Assembly (NCBI GenBank): GCA_038087875.1
Contig: CM075977.1
Span: forward strand, 17,112,001-17,176,000
Direction: 5' to 3'
DNA: 64,000 bases
DNA from: Malacoraja senta
Taxonomy: Eukaryota
The notes beneath the pieces were generated by a model that did no database searches, had not been told where the DNA came from, and saw only the letters and a list, made by a program, of their open reading frames with translations. Below are positions 48,730-62,879 of the stretch, in pieces (position 1 is the stretch's first letter; every line of letters begins with the position of its first letter). A program made the position numbers and the translations under genes.

Positions 48730-50385
48730 ACGATACAACTTTATTTATCCCAGGATGGAAATTGGTCTCCCAACAGTCAAAAAACACAAAATACATGAAA
48801 CATGAAATTAAATTGACGAGTGGAAAGTCCAGGATTGGGGATGTGCAAAGAATGGGGAGGGGGTAGGGGATTCAGTCTACCCCATGACAGAAGGGGGAGG
48901 AGTTGTACAGTGTGATAGCCATAGGGAAAAAGGATCTCCTGTGGTGTTCTGTCCTGCATCTTGGTGGAACCAGTCCGTTGCTGAAGGTGCTCCTCAGGTT
49001 GACCAGTGTGTCATGGGGGTGGGTGGGGGTGAGCTGTATTGTCCAGGATAGTCCGCAGTTTGAGGAGACAGCCTTCCTGATGAGTTTGTTGATCCTATTG
49101 GCGTCCGCGGCTTTCGCCCTGCTACCTCCACACATGATAGCGTAGAAGATGGCACTGGCCACAACCGATTGCTCGAAAATCTGCCGCATCTTACTCCAGA
49201 CATTGAAAGAGTCTGCAGTAAGATGCCTCCTCAAAAAGTACAGACGGCTCTGTCCCTTCTTCTACAGTGCCTCAGCGTTCCTGGACTGGTCCAGTTTATT
49301 GTCCAGGTAAACTCCAAGGTACTTGTACTCCTTGGTAACTGCACATCCACACCCTTCATGGAGACAGAGGACAGGGGTGTTCTTCTCCTCCTAAAGTCCA
49401 CCACTAACTCCTTAAGGGCCTGTCCCACTTAGGCGATTTTTCAGCGGACTGCCTGCGTGTGTCAAGCTCGTGGCACTCGCTGAAAAACCAGGAAGTGGAA
49501 CGGNNNNNNNNNNNNNNNNNNNNNNNNNNNNNNNNNNNNNNNNNNNNNNNNNNNNNNNNNNNNNNNNNNNNNNNNNNNNNNNNNNNNNNNNNNNNNNNNN
49601 NNNNNNNNNNNNNNNNNNNNNNNNNNNNNNNNNNNNNNNNNNNNNNNNNNNNNNNNNNNNNNNNNCAGGGAAAAATGGGGAACGCTGTCTGAAATTCACA
49701 TGGTGCAAAGCCAAGGTGGTACAGACACACACCGTGATGAACAGGAAGGTTAAGACGGCTAGCAAAGTGTACGGTAAGTCCTTTAAAAGAGTGGGGGTGG
49801 GGGGGAGGGGAGAAAGGGGGGAGAAGGAGTGGAGACACTTTTAAGATGCCAGACAACTTTTAATAAGCCAGAGATACACAGCTGTGAAGTTCGGCTGACA
49901 TTTAACATTACCGGTCGGTTTTCCTTGGTTCAGAAAACTCGTGCTTACGTTTTTTTTTCCCCAATGAGCCAATGAAAATGCCCGGTCAGCAAAGGAGATT
50001 AACTAAAACTACCTACGGCTACCTCGACTACCTACAACAACATGGCGACCCCACTACCACTGCACCTACGACTACAAAAGTATCGATTTTCTCCATGGCG
50101 ACCAATTTTTGGTCGCAGAAAATGTTTTAACATGTTGAAAAATTTGCTGCGACCATGCTGAGGCCGTGACTAGTTCCCAGAAGGAGACTCACCAGAGACC
50201 ACCAGCGAACATGTGGCGACCATGTGGCGATCATGAGGCGAGCGCAGAGTCTCCTGCACTCGCCTAAAAAGTCTCCTAAGTGGGACAGGCCCTTAAGTCT
50301 TGTCGGTGTTGAGCTGCAGGTGATTCAGACCACGTCATTCAACAAAGTCGTTGACTGCACCTCTGTATTCAGATTCCTGTCCCTC
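48730..50385 (-). mobile_element. Rex1/RTE-like LINE RT C-terminus, split by TIR element E3
   Basis: LNTDKT|KELVVDFRR; QSVVASAIFYAIMC; RTEHHRRSFFPMAITLYN. Confidence 0.8.
49415..50293. mobile_element. Non-autonomous TIR element E3 (Harbinger-like)
   Basis: TIR agggcctgtcccacttagg / cctaagtgggacaggccct; flanks TTA and TAA; same family as E4; contains an N-gap. Confidence 0.88.
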
Positions 50386-51063
50386 ACTAAAGTCTCTCTA
50401 AAGTCTAAAGTCCCTTTCTCCAAGCTCGTTGTGGGATGAAAAATTGGATCCACATTTAGGGGATAGGAAATGGAGATGAATATGGCATAGCTCCTTTTCC
50501 CATCCAGACCCCAAATGATGCATAACACCCATTTTTGTCCTCAACTTACAATTATGACAATAATTCCTGTAATTTTTGCCAATGTCCTGTGATGGCTAGG
50601 ATGAAGAGCTGGGAACAATGCTACAAGAGCTTGTATATTACTTGTTATGTCAGGAAACTAAATAATAAATGCATATTTTACAAAACAAAAGGGAAAGAAA
50701 ATAAATGTTTTCTGCTGCGTTCTTAAGACTTTCATAACCCAATCACTTCAAAGTAAAGCGGATTACTTTCATGTTAGCTTTGCACTGGAGATTAAATTTC
50801 CTTAAACTCCAGTATGGATATTGAATCCCTCTCGGAAAAAGATTTAATCTCTAGTCCACTTAATCTTGACTTTCCTTGCAAAAACATTGCATTGTATTTG
50901 GCCTCACCAACCAGGAGCAAGCTTGAGCAAACTTAAGCAAGCAAGGCGCTGTTGCATTGAAGTGGGGTTAGTAGAGAAACAAATGCAGGTGTCTAACACT
51001 GCTGCTAACCCCCAGCAGTTTGAAAAGAGAGGAAGCGATTGACCAAATAATCACAGGCCAGGT

Positions 51064-51393
51064 GTTTAGTTTTTTTTCAGTTTAGTTTAGAGATACCGCG
51101 CGGAAAGAGGCCCTTTGGCCCACCGAGTCCGCACCGACCAGCGATCCCCACACACTAACACTATCCTGCCACACTAGGGACAATTTTGCAATACCAAGCC
51201 AATTTACCTACATACCTGTACGTCTTTTGAAGTGTGGGAGGAAACTGAAGATCTCGGAGAAAACCCACGCAGGTCACAGGGAGAACGTACAAACTCCGTA
51301 CAGACAAGCACCCCATAGTCGGGATCGAACCCGGGTTTCTGGTGCTGCAAGCGCTGTAAGGTAGCAACTCTACCGCTGCGCCACCATGCCACC
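51064..51393 (-). mobile_element. Full-length V-SINE (HE1-like)
   Basis: Minus strand ggtggcatggtggcgcagcggtagag (A-box)...gggttcgatccc (B-box)...cctcccacac...gggcctctttccgcgcggtatctctaaactaaac tail. Confidence 0.88.
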
Positions 51394-52859
51394 CCGTTCA
51401 ACGTGGGTGATAGGCAAATCTGAGGGACAATATAAATCTTCACTTAGAAAGGCAGATTAATCAACAGCATTTGATATGGATTTGTTAGGGGAAGATAACG
51501 TGAAAAATTTGATGGAATGTTTTGGGAGAGATAGCAAGGAGGGTTAATAAGGGCAATAATCTACACGGATTTCAGTAACATTTTTGACAAGGTGATCATC
51601 TGAAAAGCATAAAAACCCATGGGATTCAAGAGAAACTGGCAAATTGAACCCAGAAATGGGTTAGTGACAGGAAGTGTAAAGGTTGTTGTGGACAAAAGGA
51701 ACTGCAGGTGCTGTATTTTCTTACCAAAGATGGACACAGAGTGCTGGAGCAACTCAGCAGATCAGGCAGCATCTCTGTAGAAGAAGGATAGGGTGATGAT
51801 TTGGGTCCCTACACTTCTTCAACCTTTAAGGCAGTTGCCAATCAGGTATCATTGGGCTCAATATAGAGTATTTTGGATTTAATTGTAAGGTGGATGATAA
51901 ATAAATTGCAGTGAGTAGGAAATCTTTAGAGTGCAAGAAGATATACGTGGTTAGGCAGAAAAGCAGAAAATTAAGTTTAATCTAAGGAAATGAGAAGTAC
52001 TATATTTGGGGAGGTGCAAAAAGGCAATAAATTGGAGAATATTGAAAATGTGAAGACACATACTACAAATTTCTGAGTGTGGACATTGGCCCTCAAATAT
52101 ATTGGCACAGTTCAAAGAGCTATTCAGTTGCAATAAACCACCAGAAAACCTTAAAGAAACTAAACTGGACAGATTACTTATAATCAATCATAGCACTGGA
52201 AATGACACTGGAAACACAACTGCCCTGTCAACCCTGTAAATCCTCCTTACTAATATCTGGAAGTTTGAGCCAAAAATATCAGTGCTGTCTCACAGACTAG
52301 ACAAGTAATAGGTTGACATACTGTAGTCATACTCACGCAATCATACCTCACAGACAATGTCCAAGACACACTATTTCTATCCCTGGGTAAAATGGTATGC
52401 AGTTGGGAGGGAACAGCGTGGGAGTCCTCAACATTGACTCATGGCATCAGATTAAACCTGGACATGGAAACCTTCTGCTGATGACCACCTGATGAATCAA
52501 TACTACTCCAGTTAGACCACCGCTTGGAGGAAGCAATGAGAGTGGCAAATGTACTCTGAGTGGGAGGACATCAACATCCTTCACCAAGTGGCTCTGTATG
52601 ATCACTACTAACCAATCTGGTCAAGTGCCGACGACATTAGATTTGTGGCTGGTAGTGAGAGAACCAACTAAAAGGATAAACCTACTTGATTTTTCCTCAC
52701 TAATCTGATCGCAGATGCTACTGCCCATTACAGTATTGGTTGGTGTGGCCACTCCACAGTCCTTGTGGAGACAAAATCCCATCTTCACAGTGAAAATATT
52801 CTTCAGCTTGTCAAATGGTATGAACACCATGCTAAATGGGGCAGACTGAGAACAGACCT

Positions 52860-54830
52860 CAACTTTTCCACTCCCCTTACTTACTCTAACCCCCCCCCCC
52901 CCCAACGTACAGCTCTCCGCTCACACTGCAGCAACCATGACGATAATCAAACCCCCGACAAGGGAGTGCCTTGGTAGTCTGGTGCGCTAACCTCCTCCTG
53001 AGGCCAGGCGACACCTCTCAGACACCTCCTCTTACTTATCCTTGGATCATGACCCCCCCAGACAAGCACCAGACCTCAATAGCACACACCATTTCTGATT
53101 TCATCACTTCCAGCTCTCTTTCCATTAAAGCCTCCAACCTTATCGTTCCCCAGCCCCGCACGACCCGATTTTATCTTCTCACCAAAATCCACAAACAACT
53201 GTCATGGCAGACCCATTGTTCATCCTGTTGATGTCCCACTGAATTAATTTCCACATACCTCGACTCCATCCTATCCCCCCTGCTCCAATCCCTCCCTACC
53301 TATGTCCAAGATATCTCACACGCTCTTCGCCTCCTCAATGACTTCCGTTTTCCAGGCCCCCACTCCCTCATCTTTACTATGGATGTCCAGTCACTTTACA
53401 CCTCCATCCCCCACCAGGAAGGTTTTACAGCCCTCCGTTTCTTCCAGCCAATTTCCGTCAACCATTACTCTCCTCCACCTAACTTCTCCTTCGACTCCTC
53501 CCACTTCCTCCAAATTCAAGGCATAGCTATGGGCACCTGCTCTGCCTGCCTCTTTGTACGGTATGTCGAACAATCACTGTTCCAGGCATACGCTGGCTCT
53601 ATCCCCGAACTACATTGACGACTGCATCAATGCTACCTCCTGCACCCATGCAGAACTCATTGACTTCATCAACTTCATGACCAATTTCCATCCTGCAGTC
53701 AAATTCACTTGGACCATCTCCGACATCTCCCTACCGTTTGTAGATCTCACCGTCACCATCACAGGAGACAGACTATTGACCGACATCTATTACTAACCCA
53801 CTAACTCCCATAGCTATCTAGACTACACTTCTTCACACCCTGCCTGCTGTAAAGACTCTATCCCCCTACTCTCAATTCCTCCGTCTATGCCACAGCTGAG
53901 GTTTTCCATACCAGGGCATCGGAGATGTACTAATTCGTTAGGAAACGGGGGTTCCCCTCTTCCATTATAGATGAGGCTCTCACTAGGGTTTCCCCAATAT
54001 CCCGCAGCTCTGCTCTTGCTCCCCTCCTCCCATTCGTAACAAGGACAGAGTCCCCCTTGTCCCCACCTTCCACCCCATCAGCCGTCGCATACAGCATATA
54101 ATCCTCCAACATTTTCGCCACCTCCAACGGGATCCCACTACTGGCCACATCTTCCCATCTCCACCCCTTTCTGCTTTCCACAGAGACAGTTCCCTCCGCA
54201 ACTCCCTGGTCAACTCGTCCCTTCCCACCCAAACCGCTCCCCTCCCGATGTACCTTCCCCTGCAACTGCGGGAGATGCAACACCTGTCACTTTACCTCCC
54301 CCCTCAACTCAGTCTTTTCAGGTGAGGCAGACGTTCACTTGCACCTCCTCCAACCTCATCTACTGTATCCGCTGTTCCAGGTGTCAACTCCTATACATCA
54401 GCAAGACCAAGCGCAGGCTCGGCGATCGTTTTGCTGAACACCTCCGCTCAGTCCGCCTTAACCTACTTGATCTCCCGGTTGCTCAGCACTTTAACTCCCC
54501 TCTCCCTTTACAATCTGATCTTTCTGTTCTGGGCCTCCCCAGAGTGAGGCCCAGCGCAAATTAGAGGAACAGTACCTCATATTTCGCTTGGCAGCTTACA
54601 CCCCAGCAGTATGCACATTTACTTCTCTAACTTCAAATAGCCCTTGCTTTCCCTCTCTCCATCCCCTCCCCCTTCCCAATTCTCCCACCAGTTTTACTGT
54701 CTCCGACTACATTCTATCTCTGTCACGCCCACTCCCCTGTCATCAGTCTGAAGAAGGGTCTCGACCCAAAACGTCACGCATTCTTTCTCTCCAGAGATGC
54801 TGCCTGTCCCGTTGAATTTTGTGTCTATCT
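52860..54830 (+). mobile_element. Penelope-like retroelement (RT and GIY-YIG endonuclease), decayed
   Basis: RFYLLTKIHK, MDVQSLYTSIPH, QIQGIAMGT, YIDDC, NLIYCIRCSRCQLLYISKTKRRLGDRFAEHL; 3' terminus with hammerhead-like core at 54748-54775. Confidence 0.92.
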
Positions 54831-56617
54831 GAGAACAGACCTGACAGCTCAGGACTGGGCCTCTTGAGGGATTGGAGATCATCAGCATAGATTCATAGAG
54901 CATAGAAATAGGCCAACAGTTCAATATAATGTATTTCTTCACAATATTGAAGGAAGTCATTTGGTTCCTCGAATCTATGCCAGATCGTAGAGCATTCACA
55001 TCAGTCCATTCACCATCGCATATCTTTGTTACCTAGTCTCTCTCACATATCCATTGACTCCTCCTCTGATCTTCATGCCGTTAACCTACAGAGTGGTCAC
55101 GTAACCTCTTCTCGTTGGGGATGTGGGAGGAAACCCGAGCATTGGGAAACTCACACAGCGACTGGGAGAACATATAAATTAATCAGGGACTGCTCTGGAA
55201 CCCAGTTGGAACCCACTTCACTGAGTCAGTTGCACTAACTGCGAAAGATCAGGATGCCTTTCACCTGAGGCCCAAGGATCCTGAGTAGCCCTTATATGTT
55301 TTATTTTGCTTTGCAGGGCACACAAAGAAAATTGATGGGTAAATTCAGAAGCAAGGCTGGTTCGGGGAGCTGCAGAAGTGAGACAGTTCAATAGTCAGGG
55401 CATGCACTGTGGTTCAGGGCCTGGAAGAATTGTGGATCGGGCTCTCGAGGGCTCATGGTACAAATCAATATGGGTTATGATTCAGGGTCTGGAAAAGTCA
55501 CTGATTGAGGTTTGTCAGGATTGAGAAGGGGTGTGGTATTGGCAGCGAGAGGGGATATTGGTAATGGGAGGATTCAAGGACCAAGTTCATCTGGGTCAAA
55601 AAGGTTGCTGAATTAAAGTTTGGAGGGTTCATGGGTCAGGGCCAGGAAAGGATATGTGTGAGGGCCGAGAGGAGTCATGGAAAGGGATCACAAAAAGGTG
55701 TTTTTTGGAGGGGTCATGGACGGGTACATGGAAGGTGGGTGGATTGGGTGATGCTGAAGCTATCGGGTCATAGATTTGTGGATCTGAGTCAGGAGTCATG
55801 GATTGAAATTTAAAAGGCTGTAGATCACGACCTGTTGAGTTGAAAAGAATTGTAGAATGGGACCTGGAGAGCACTGGTGAGACAGAGGTGCCAAGAAGGA
55901 TCTTGGAAATTTTGGTATCAAAGCTTGGTGGATTGGTGAATGGAGAGAGATCAAAAGATCAATGGTTGGGGAACCATATAGGGGGTTGTGAACTGGTTGG
56001 GCATTCCAGATATACAAGTAATTTAAGATATAGAATAAATTAAATATTACCTACCTGACCTGGGTTACAAGGGCTATGTTGTGACTTGCTCCAGATAGAC
56101 CCCCATCAAATTGTGCATCTGTAAAGAGAGCCATTCTTTTAAATATTTTTCCCTGAGAGTGCTAAACAACAGACATGGCTAAGAACAACAGGCCTAATAC
56201 CCTCTGCAATGCCTCATGGAAACAGCTGCATGGTAGGCAATGTTATATTAACACATAGTGATCTGGTATGATTCACTTGCATGTATGTGCTGGGATTTTC
56301 AGAGTGATGAGATTAAATCCAAAAGAAATTGTAATTGTTACACTTTGGAAAAAATGATATTTATATGTGTTCCATTGAAAATAACATGCTCCCAAATTTC
56401 TAGGGAAATGACGTTGCCTATCATATGGAAGAAGTCACGTAAGACAAAAATGAATAACTACATTCATGAGACATATCATTGTTGCATTAAGCTACATGTA
56501 AAGCTGCAGCAAGTAAGAATTTAATTGTTTTTTTCATGATGCATATGGCAATTAAATAATCCCGATTTGACGCTTGAGTCTTGATATCATGATATAAATT
56601 AGTTTTGCCGATAAAAG

Positions 56618-56963
56618 AATCAGATCGGGTAGATGCACAGAGTCTTTTGCCAAGAGTAGGGGAATCGAGGACCAGAGGACATAAGTTCAAGGTGAAGGGG
56701 AAAAAAAATTAATAGGAATCCAAGGGGTAACTTTTTCACACGAAGGGTGGTGGGTGTATGGAGCAAGCTGCCCGAGGAGATAGTTGAGGCTGGGATTATC
56801 CCATCGTTTAAGAAACAGTTAGACAGGTACATGGATAGGACAGGTTTGGAGTGATATGGACCAAGCGGAGTCAAGTGGGACTAGTGTAGCTGGGACATTG
56901 CTGGTCGATGTGGGCGAGTTGGGCCGAAGGGCCTGTTTCCACAATGTATCACTCTATGACTCT
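56618..56963 (+). mobile_element. CR1 (HER1-like) 3' fragment
   Basis: gatcgggtagatgcacagagtc...ttttcacacgaagggtggtg...gggccgaagggcctgtttcc...actctatgactct. Confidence 0.85.
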
Positions 56964-57278
56964 AAGTTGTTGGGTCACAGAACTGTTCAAAATTCATGAA
57001 ATAAAGTGTTAGGTCACATTATGCACTAAAAGCTTTGGATGTGGTCAGAAATAATTGTGTTGACCAGAGTAGTTCAAAAACATGGTTAGACTGGTCAATT
57101 TTTAATACAAATGTGAAAATAGGTAAACATTTGAAAGAACAAAGCAACAAGGTTATATCTACTTTAATGATAAAGTTGCTATAAACTCAAGAAAGTCAGA
57201 AAGATGAATCGACTCAAGGGTGTGAGTTATTTGCATAATGGAGCTGTGTTTACTTGTGAAAACAACTTAAACTCATCT

Positions 57279-57375
57279 AGACAGACACAAAATGCTGGAG
57301 TAACTCAGCGGGACAGGCAGCATCTCCTCCGAGAAGGAATGGGTGACGTTTCGGGTCGAGACTCTTCTTCAGACC
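57279..57375 (-). repeat. Single-arm Penelope-derived repeat with hammerhead-like core (57345-57372)
   Basis: Minus strand CTGAAGA-a-GAGT-ctcg-ACCC-GAAA-C-GTC. Confidence 0.7.
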
Positions 57376-58071
57376 TCAACTCTTCTACTCTGTCTTCTGT
57401 CCTGGGAGATAATTACACACTATGCCATTGTGACTATCATAATAATACTGTGAGCCAAGCTGAGAAGCTGGAATCAGCATCGAGTGAAATGTTGCAGACT
57501 TTGTCACAACATTGCTGAAAATTGTTGATACGTTATAAGTTTGGAGGAGATGTTGCAGGATGGCGTTGTTGGATCTGCAATCTGTAAAATGTGTATTCAC
57601 AGGAGGCAGTTAAGTGAGAAGAAATTGACTTTCAAACCGACACATTCAACAATGCTTTGAGTCGGGTGAAGTGGAACTTAGAGCACTTTATCCAGCCTGA
57701 ATGAGTATACCACAGTCATCACTAGTCAAGGAAAGAGCGTTCACGTTGCAACCCTGTTTCCACCAATCTTTCCACCACCATACACAAGAAGCACAAGAAG
57801 CGACAAGACAGACAACATTGTATGCAGATGTCGAGAAGTGTGTTCAGCTCTGGCTGAACAACTTCCAATCTTGTGTGTGGACTCGATAAGAAGATCACTG
57901 GTTTCTTCATGAAATGAGTTGACAACTACATTGCAAACAAGGCCATCGGGGTCTATCCAAATCAGAAACCTTGGATGAACAGGAATATTCACTCTCTGTT
58001 AAAGACCAGATCTAAGGGTTTCAAGAAGGATAACCCTGCCTATACACGAAGATCTAATGTGATCTTTGTAA

Positions 58072-61000
58072 AGGGCCTGTCCCACTTAGGCAATTTTTCA
58101 GCGGACTGCCGGTGAGTGTCAAGCTCGCGGCACTAGCTGAAAAACCGGGAAGTGGAACGGCGACCGTCAGAGTAGAACACACACTCACACACACACACAG
58201 ACACACAAACACATCGCAAAGGCGGGGGCCAAGGAAAGCGGGGCAGCGCTGTCTGAAATTCACACAGTGCAAAGCCAAGGTGATACATAGAAACATAGAA
58301 ACATAGAAAAATAGGTGCGGGAGTAGGCCATTCGGCCCTTCAAGCCTGGACCGCCATTCAATATGATCATGGCTGATCATCCAACTCAGTATCCTGTACC
58401 TGCTTTCTCTCCATACCCCCTGATCCCTTTAGCCACAAGGGCCACATCTAACTCCCTCTTAAATATAGCCAATGAACTGGCCTCAACTACATTCTGTGGC
58501 AGAGAATTCCAGAGATTCACCACTCTCTGTGTAAAAAATGTTTTTCTCATCTCAGTCCTCAAAGATTTCCCCTTTATCCTTAAACTGCAACCCCTTGTTC
58601 TGGACTTCCCCAACATCGGGAACAATCTTCCTGCATCTAGCCTGTACAAACCCTTAAGAATTTTGTAAGTTTTTATAAGATCCCCCCTCAATCTTCTAAA
58701 TTCCAGCGAGTACAAGCCGAGTCTATCCAGTCTTTCCTCATTTGAAAGTCCTGACATCCCAGGAATCACTGATGAACCTCCTCTGTACTCCCTCTATGGC
58801 AAGAATGTCCTTCCTCAGATTAGGAGACCAAAACTGTACGCAATACTCCAGGTGTGGTCTCACCAAGACCCTGTACAACTGCAGTAGAACCTCCCTGCTC
58901 CTATACTCAAATCCTTTTGCTATGAATGCTAACATACCATTCGCTTTCTTCACTGCCTGCTGCACCTGCATGCCTACTTTCAATGACTGGTGTACCATGA
59001 CACCCAGGTCTCGTTGCATCTCCCCTTTTCCTAATCGGCCACCATTCAGGTAATAGTCTACTTTCCCTGTTTTTGCCACCAAAGTGGATAACCTCACATT
59101 TATCCACATTATACTGCATCTGCCATGCATTTGCCCACTCACCCAGCCTATCCAAGTCATCTTGCAGCCTCCTAGCACCCTCCTCACTGCTAATACTGCC
59201 CCCAAGCATCGTGTCATCCGCAAACTTGGAGATGTTGCATTCAATTCCCTTGTCCAAATCATTAATATACATTGTAAATAGCTGGGGTCCCAGCACTGAG
59301 CCCCACTAGTCACTGCCTGCCATTCTGAAAAGGACCCATTTACTCCTACTCTTTGCTTCCCATCTGCCAGCCAGTTCTCTATCCACATCAATACTGAACC
59401 CCCAATACCGTATGCTTTAAGTTTGTATATTAATCTCTTCTGTGGGTCCTTGTCGAAACCCTTCTGAAAGTCCAGATATAACACATCCACTGGTTCTCCC
59501 TTATCCACTCTACTAGTTACATCCTCGAAAAATTCTATAAGATTCGTCAGACATGATTTACCTTTCATAAATCCATGCTGACTTTGTCCAATGATTTTAC
59601 CATTTTCCAAATGTGCTGCTATCCCAACTTTAATAACAGACTAGCAGTTTCCCCACTACCGATGTTAGAATAACTGGTCTGTAATTCCCGTTTTCTCTCT
59701 CCCTCCCTTGTTAAAAAGTGGGTTTACATTAGCTACCCCTCCAATGCATCCACTACTGCATCACTAATGCATCCACTATTTCTGGGGCTACTTCCTTAAG
59801 TACTCTGGGATGCAGCCTATCTGGCCCTGGGGATTTATCGGCCTTTAATCCATTCAATTTACCTAACACCACTTCCCGACTAACCAGGATTTCACTCAGT
59901 TCCTCCATCTCATTTGACCCCTGGTCCCCTGCTATTTCCGGCAGATTAATTAATTCTTCCTTAGTGAAGACAGAACCAAAGTAGTTATTCAATTGGTCTG
60001 CCATGTCCTTGTTCCCCATGATCAATTCACCTGTTTCTGACTGCAAGGGACCTACATTTGTTTTAACTAATCTTTTTCTCTTCACATATCTATTAAAACA
60101 TTTGCAGTCAGTTTTTATGTTCCCTGCCAGTTTTCTTTCATAATCTATTTTCCCTTTCCTAATTAAACCCTTTGTCCTCCTCTGCTGGACTCTGAATTTC
60201 TCCCAGTCCTCTGGTAGGCTGCTTTTTCTGGCTAATTTGTATGCTTCATCTTTTGTTTTGATACTATCCCTGATTTCCCTTGTTATCCACGGATGCACTA
60301 CCTTCCCTGATTTATTCTTTTGCCAAACTGGGATGAACAATTGTTGTAGTTCATCCATGCAGCCTTTAAATGCCTTCCATTGCATATCTACCGTCAATCC
60401 TTTAATAATCAATTGCCAGTCTATCTTGGCCAATTCACGTCTCATACCCTCAAATTTACCTTTCTTTAAGTTCAGAACCCTTGTTTCTGAATTAATTATG
60501 TCATTCTTGCCCAAGGGGCCACGCACAACAAGACTGCTAACTAACCCTTCCTCATTACTCAATACCCAGTCTAGAATAGCCTGCTCTCTCGTTGGTTCCT
60601 CTACATGTTGATTTACAAAACTATCCCGCATACATTCCAAGAAATCCTCTTCCTCAGCACCCCTGCCAATTTGATTCACCCAATCTATATGTAGATTGAA
60701 GTCACCCATTATAACTGTTTTACCTTTGTTGCACGCATTTCTAATTTCCTGTTTGATGCCATCCCCAACCACTACTACTGTTAGGTGGCTACACAATTCC
60801 CACTAGCGTTTTCTGCCCATTAGTGTTTCGATGCTCTACCCATATCGATTCTACATCCTCCAAGCTAATGTCCTTCCTTTCTATTGCGTTAATCTCCTCT
60901 CTAACCAGCAACGCTACCCCACCTCCTTTTCCTTTCTGTCTATCCCTCCTGAATATTGAATATCCCTGGATGTTCAGCTCCCAGCCTTGGTCACCCTGGA

Positions 61001-61959
61001 GCCATGTCTCCGTGATCCCAACTATATCATAGTCATTAATAGCTATCTGCACATTCAACTCATCCACCTTATTACGAATGCTCCTTGCATTGAGACACAA
61101 AGCCTTCAGGCTTGTTTTTACAACACTCTTACCCCTTATACAATTATGTTGAAAAGTGGCCCTTTTTGATTTTTGCCCTGGATTTGTCTGCCTGCCACGT
61201 TTACTTTTCACCTTGCCACCTATTGCTTCTACCCTCATTTCACACCCCCTCTGTCTCTCTGCTCACACATTTAAGAAACCCACCACCTCTTATTCTCAGT
61301 TTATTACCTTTTTCTTCTTTCCCCGCTACATGTTGGGTCTGAGTGCTTCCCTTCTCTGCCTCCTGCCTCACACACTGTCTACTAGGTACAGTCACACACC
61401 GCGATGAACAGGAAAGTTAAATCGGCTAGCACAATGTGCGGTAAGTCCTTTAAAAGAGAAGGGGGGGGGGAGAAGGGGGGGGAGAAATGGGGGGAAAGGG
61501 TGGAGGGGAAGGGGGGAGGAGTGGAGACACTATTAAGAAGCCGGACAACTTTTAATAAGCCAGAGATACGCAGCTGTGAAGTTTGGCGGGCATTTAACAT
61601 TACCGGTCGGTTTTCCTTGGTTCTGAAAACTCGTTCTTACGTTTATTTTTCCCCAATGAGCCAATGAAAATGCTCGGTCAGCAAAGGAGATTAACTAAAA
61701 CTACCTACGGCTACCTCGACTACCTACAGCGACATGGCGACCCCACTACCACTGCACCTACGTCTACAAAAGTATCTATTTTCTCCATGGCGACCATGTT
61801 GAAAAATTGGCTGCGACCGTGACTAGTTCCCAGAATGCGGGAGCTCCTCGCGACCATGAAGGACACTCACCAGAGGCCACCAGCGAACATGTGGCGACCA
61901 TGTGGCGATCATGAGGCAAGCGCAGAGTCTCCTGCACTTGCCTAAGTGGGACAGGCCCT
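58072..61959. mobile_element. Non-autonomous TIR element E4 (same family as E3), interrupted by a CR1
   Basis: TIR agggcctgtcccacttagg; flanks TAA and TTA; body 58072-58287 plus 61385-61959 aligns to E3. Confidence 0.9.
58288..61384 (-). mobile_element. CR1 LINE (ORF2 APE and RT, frameshifted); sister of the 19.4-23.1 kb copy
   Basis: ORFs 60789-61238, 59753-60796, 58738-59610, 58907-59296 and 58386-58769; gataca/ggtaca junction duplication. Confidence 0.94.
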
Positions 61960-62457
61960 TTAAGGCTATCAGGGATGACAAGAGAGAATGTCAATACAAT
62001 CTAGAGGCTCAATTCAATCAATCAGATATTAGCTAACCGTGGCAGGGCTGAAATACCATCGTGGGTTACATTCCAAAATCGGGGGTGATTGCATTGCGTT
62101 GTACCAGGAAGGCTGAAAGTCTAGTTAAGAATGACTGCCACCTTGGTTATTCCCTGTTCTCTCTTCTATCTCCAGGGAGAATATACAGAAAGTTGAAAGA
62201 CCTGTCTTCCAGGCTTAAGAACAGATTCTTTCCCACAGCTATCAAACTTCTGAACTAATCATCTCTTTCACAACCATTACCAGAGGTGCTGCCACCTACT
62301 CTTGAATCAACCACATTCGGTTATTGCATTATTGCACTTCAATATTTATTTTATTATTTTGTTATACACTACTTCAGATTGCACAAAAATCTTCGCACCA
62401 TTCTGCAGTTATGCATTTGTTTTTAAAATTTAATGTTGTATCTATCACCACCATTTG

Positions 62458-62652
62458 TGTAGGAAAGAACTGCAGATGCTGGTTTACTGTAAATTGGTAG
62501 ACACAAAATGCTGGAGTAACTCAGCAGGACAGGCAGCATCACTGGAGAGAAGGAATAGGTGAAGAATGGGTCTCGACCCGAAACATCACCCATTCCTTCT
62601 CTCCAGAAATGCTGCCTGATCCGCTGAGTTACTCCAGCATTTTGTGTCTATC
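62458..62652. repeat. Palindromic Penelope-derived short element
   Basis: tagacacaaaatgctggagtaactcagc...gctgagttactccagcattttgtgtcta inverted arms. Confidence 0.85.
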
Positions 62653-62879
62653 ATCATCATATACCGTTTACTCAATGAGCTTCATGTGAACATGGAATTT
62701 CATTGCATACTGGTGTATTTGGCCATACTGGTGTATTTGGCCATAAACAAATCTGAATCAAATCTCTTATTATCATGAAAATAGAGGCAGCTATCAAACA
62801 AGCAAAGGTTTTGCAACATCTCCCAGCAAAGAGTAAAATGTTGACATGGAGATTTCATGAAAAGGCAAGAAACACTTGA

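Larger units (their letters stand above)
57450..62260 (+). mobile_element. Decayed Rex1/RTE-like LINE split by TIR element E4
   Basis: YPNQKPWMN (~57955), DLC|KAIRD across the E4 insertion, RLKNRFFPTAIKLLN (62061-62258). Confidence 0.65.

Noticed and set aside
51320-51393. tRNA gene (A and B boxes)
   Set aside because: tRNA-derived head of a V-SINE that continues into the SINE body and LINE-like tail; the same holds at 31835 and 47665.
62703-62745. Short tandem duplications (catactggtgtatttggc x2; also catccagtgacttggcctcca x2 near 6750-6790)
   Set aside because: Ordinary local slippage duplications with no further structure.
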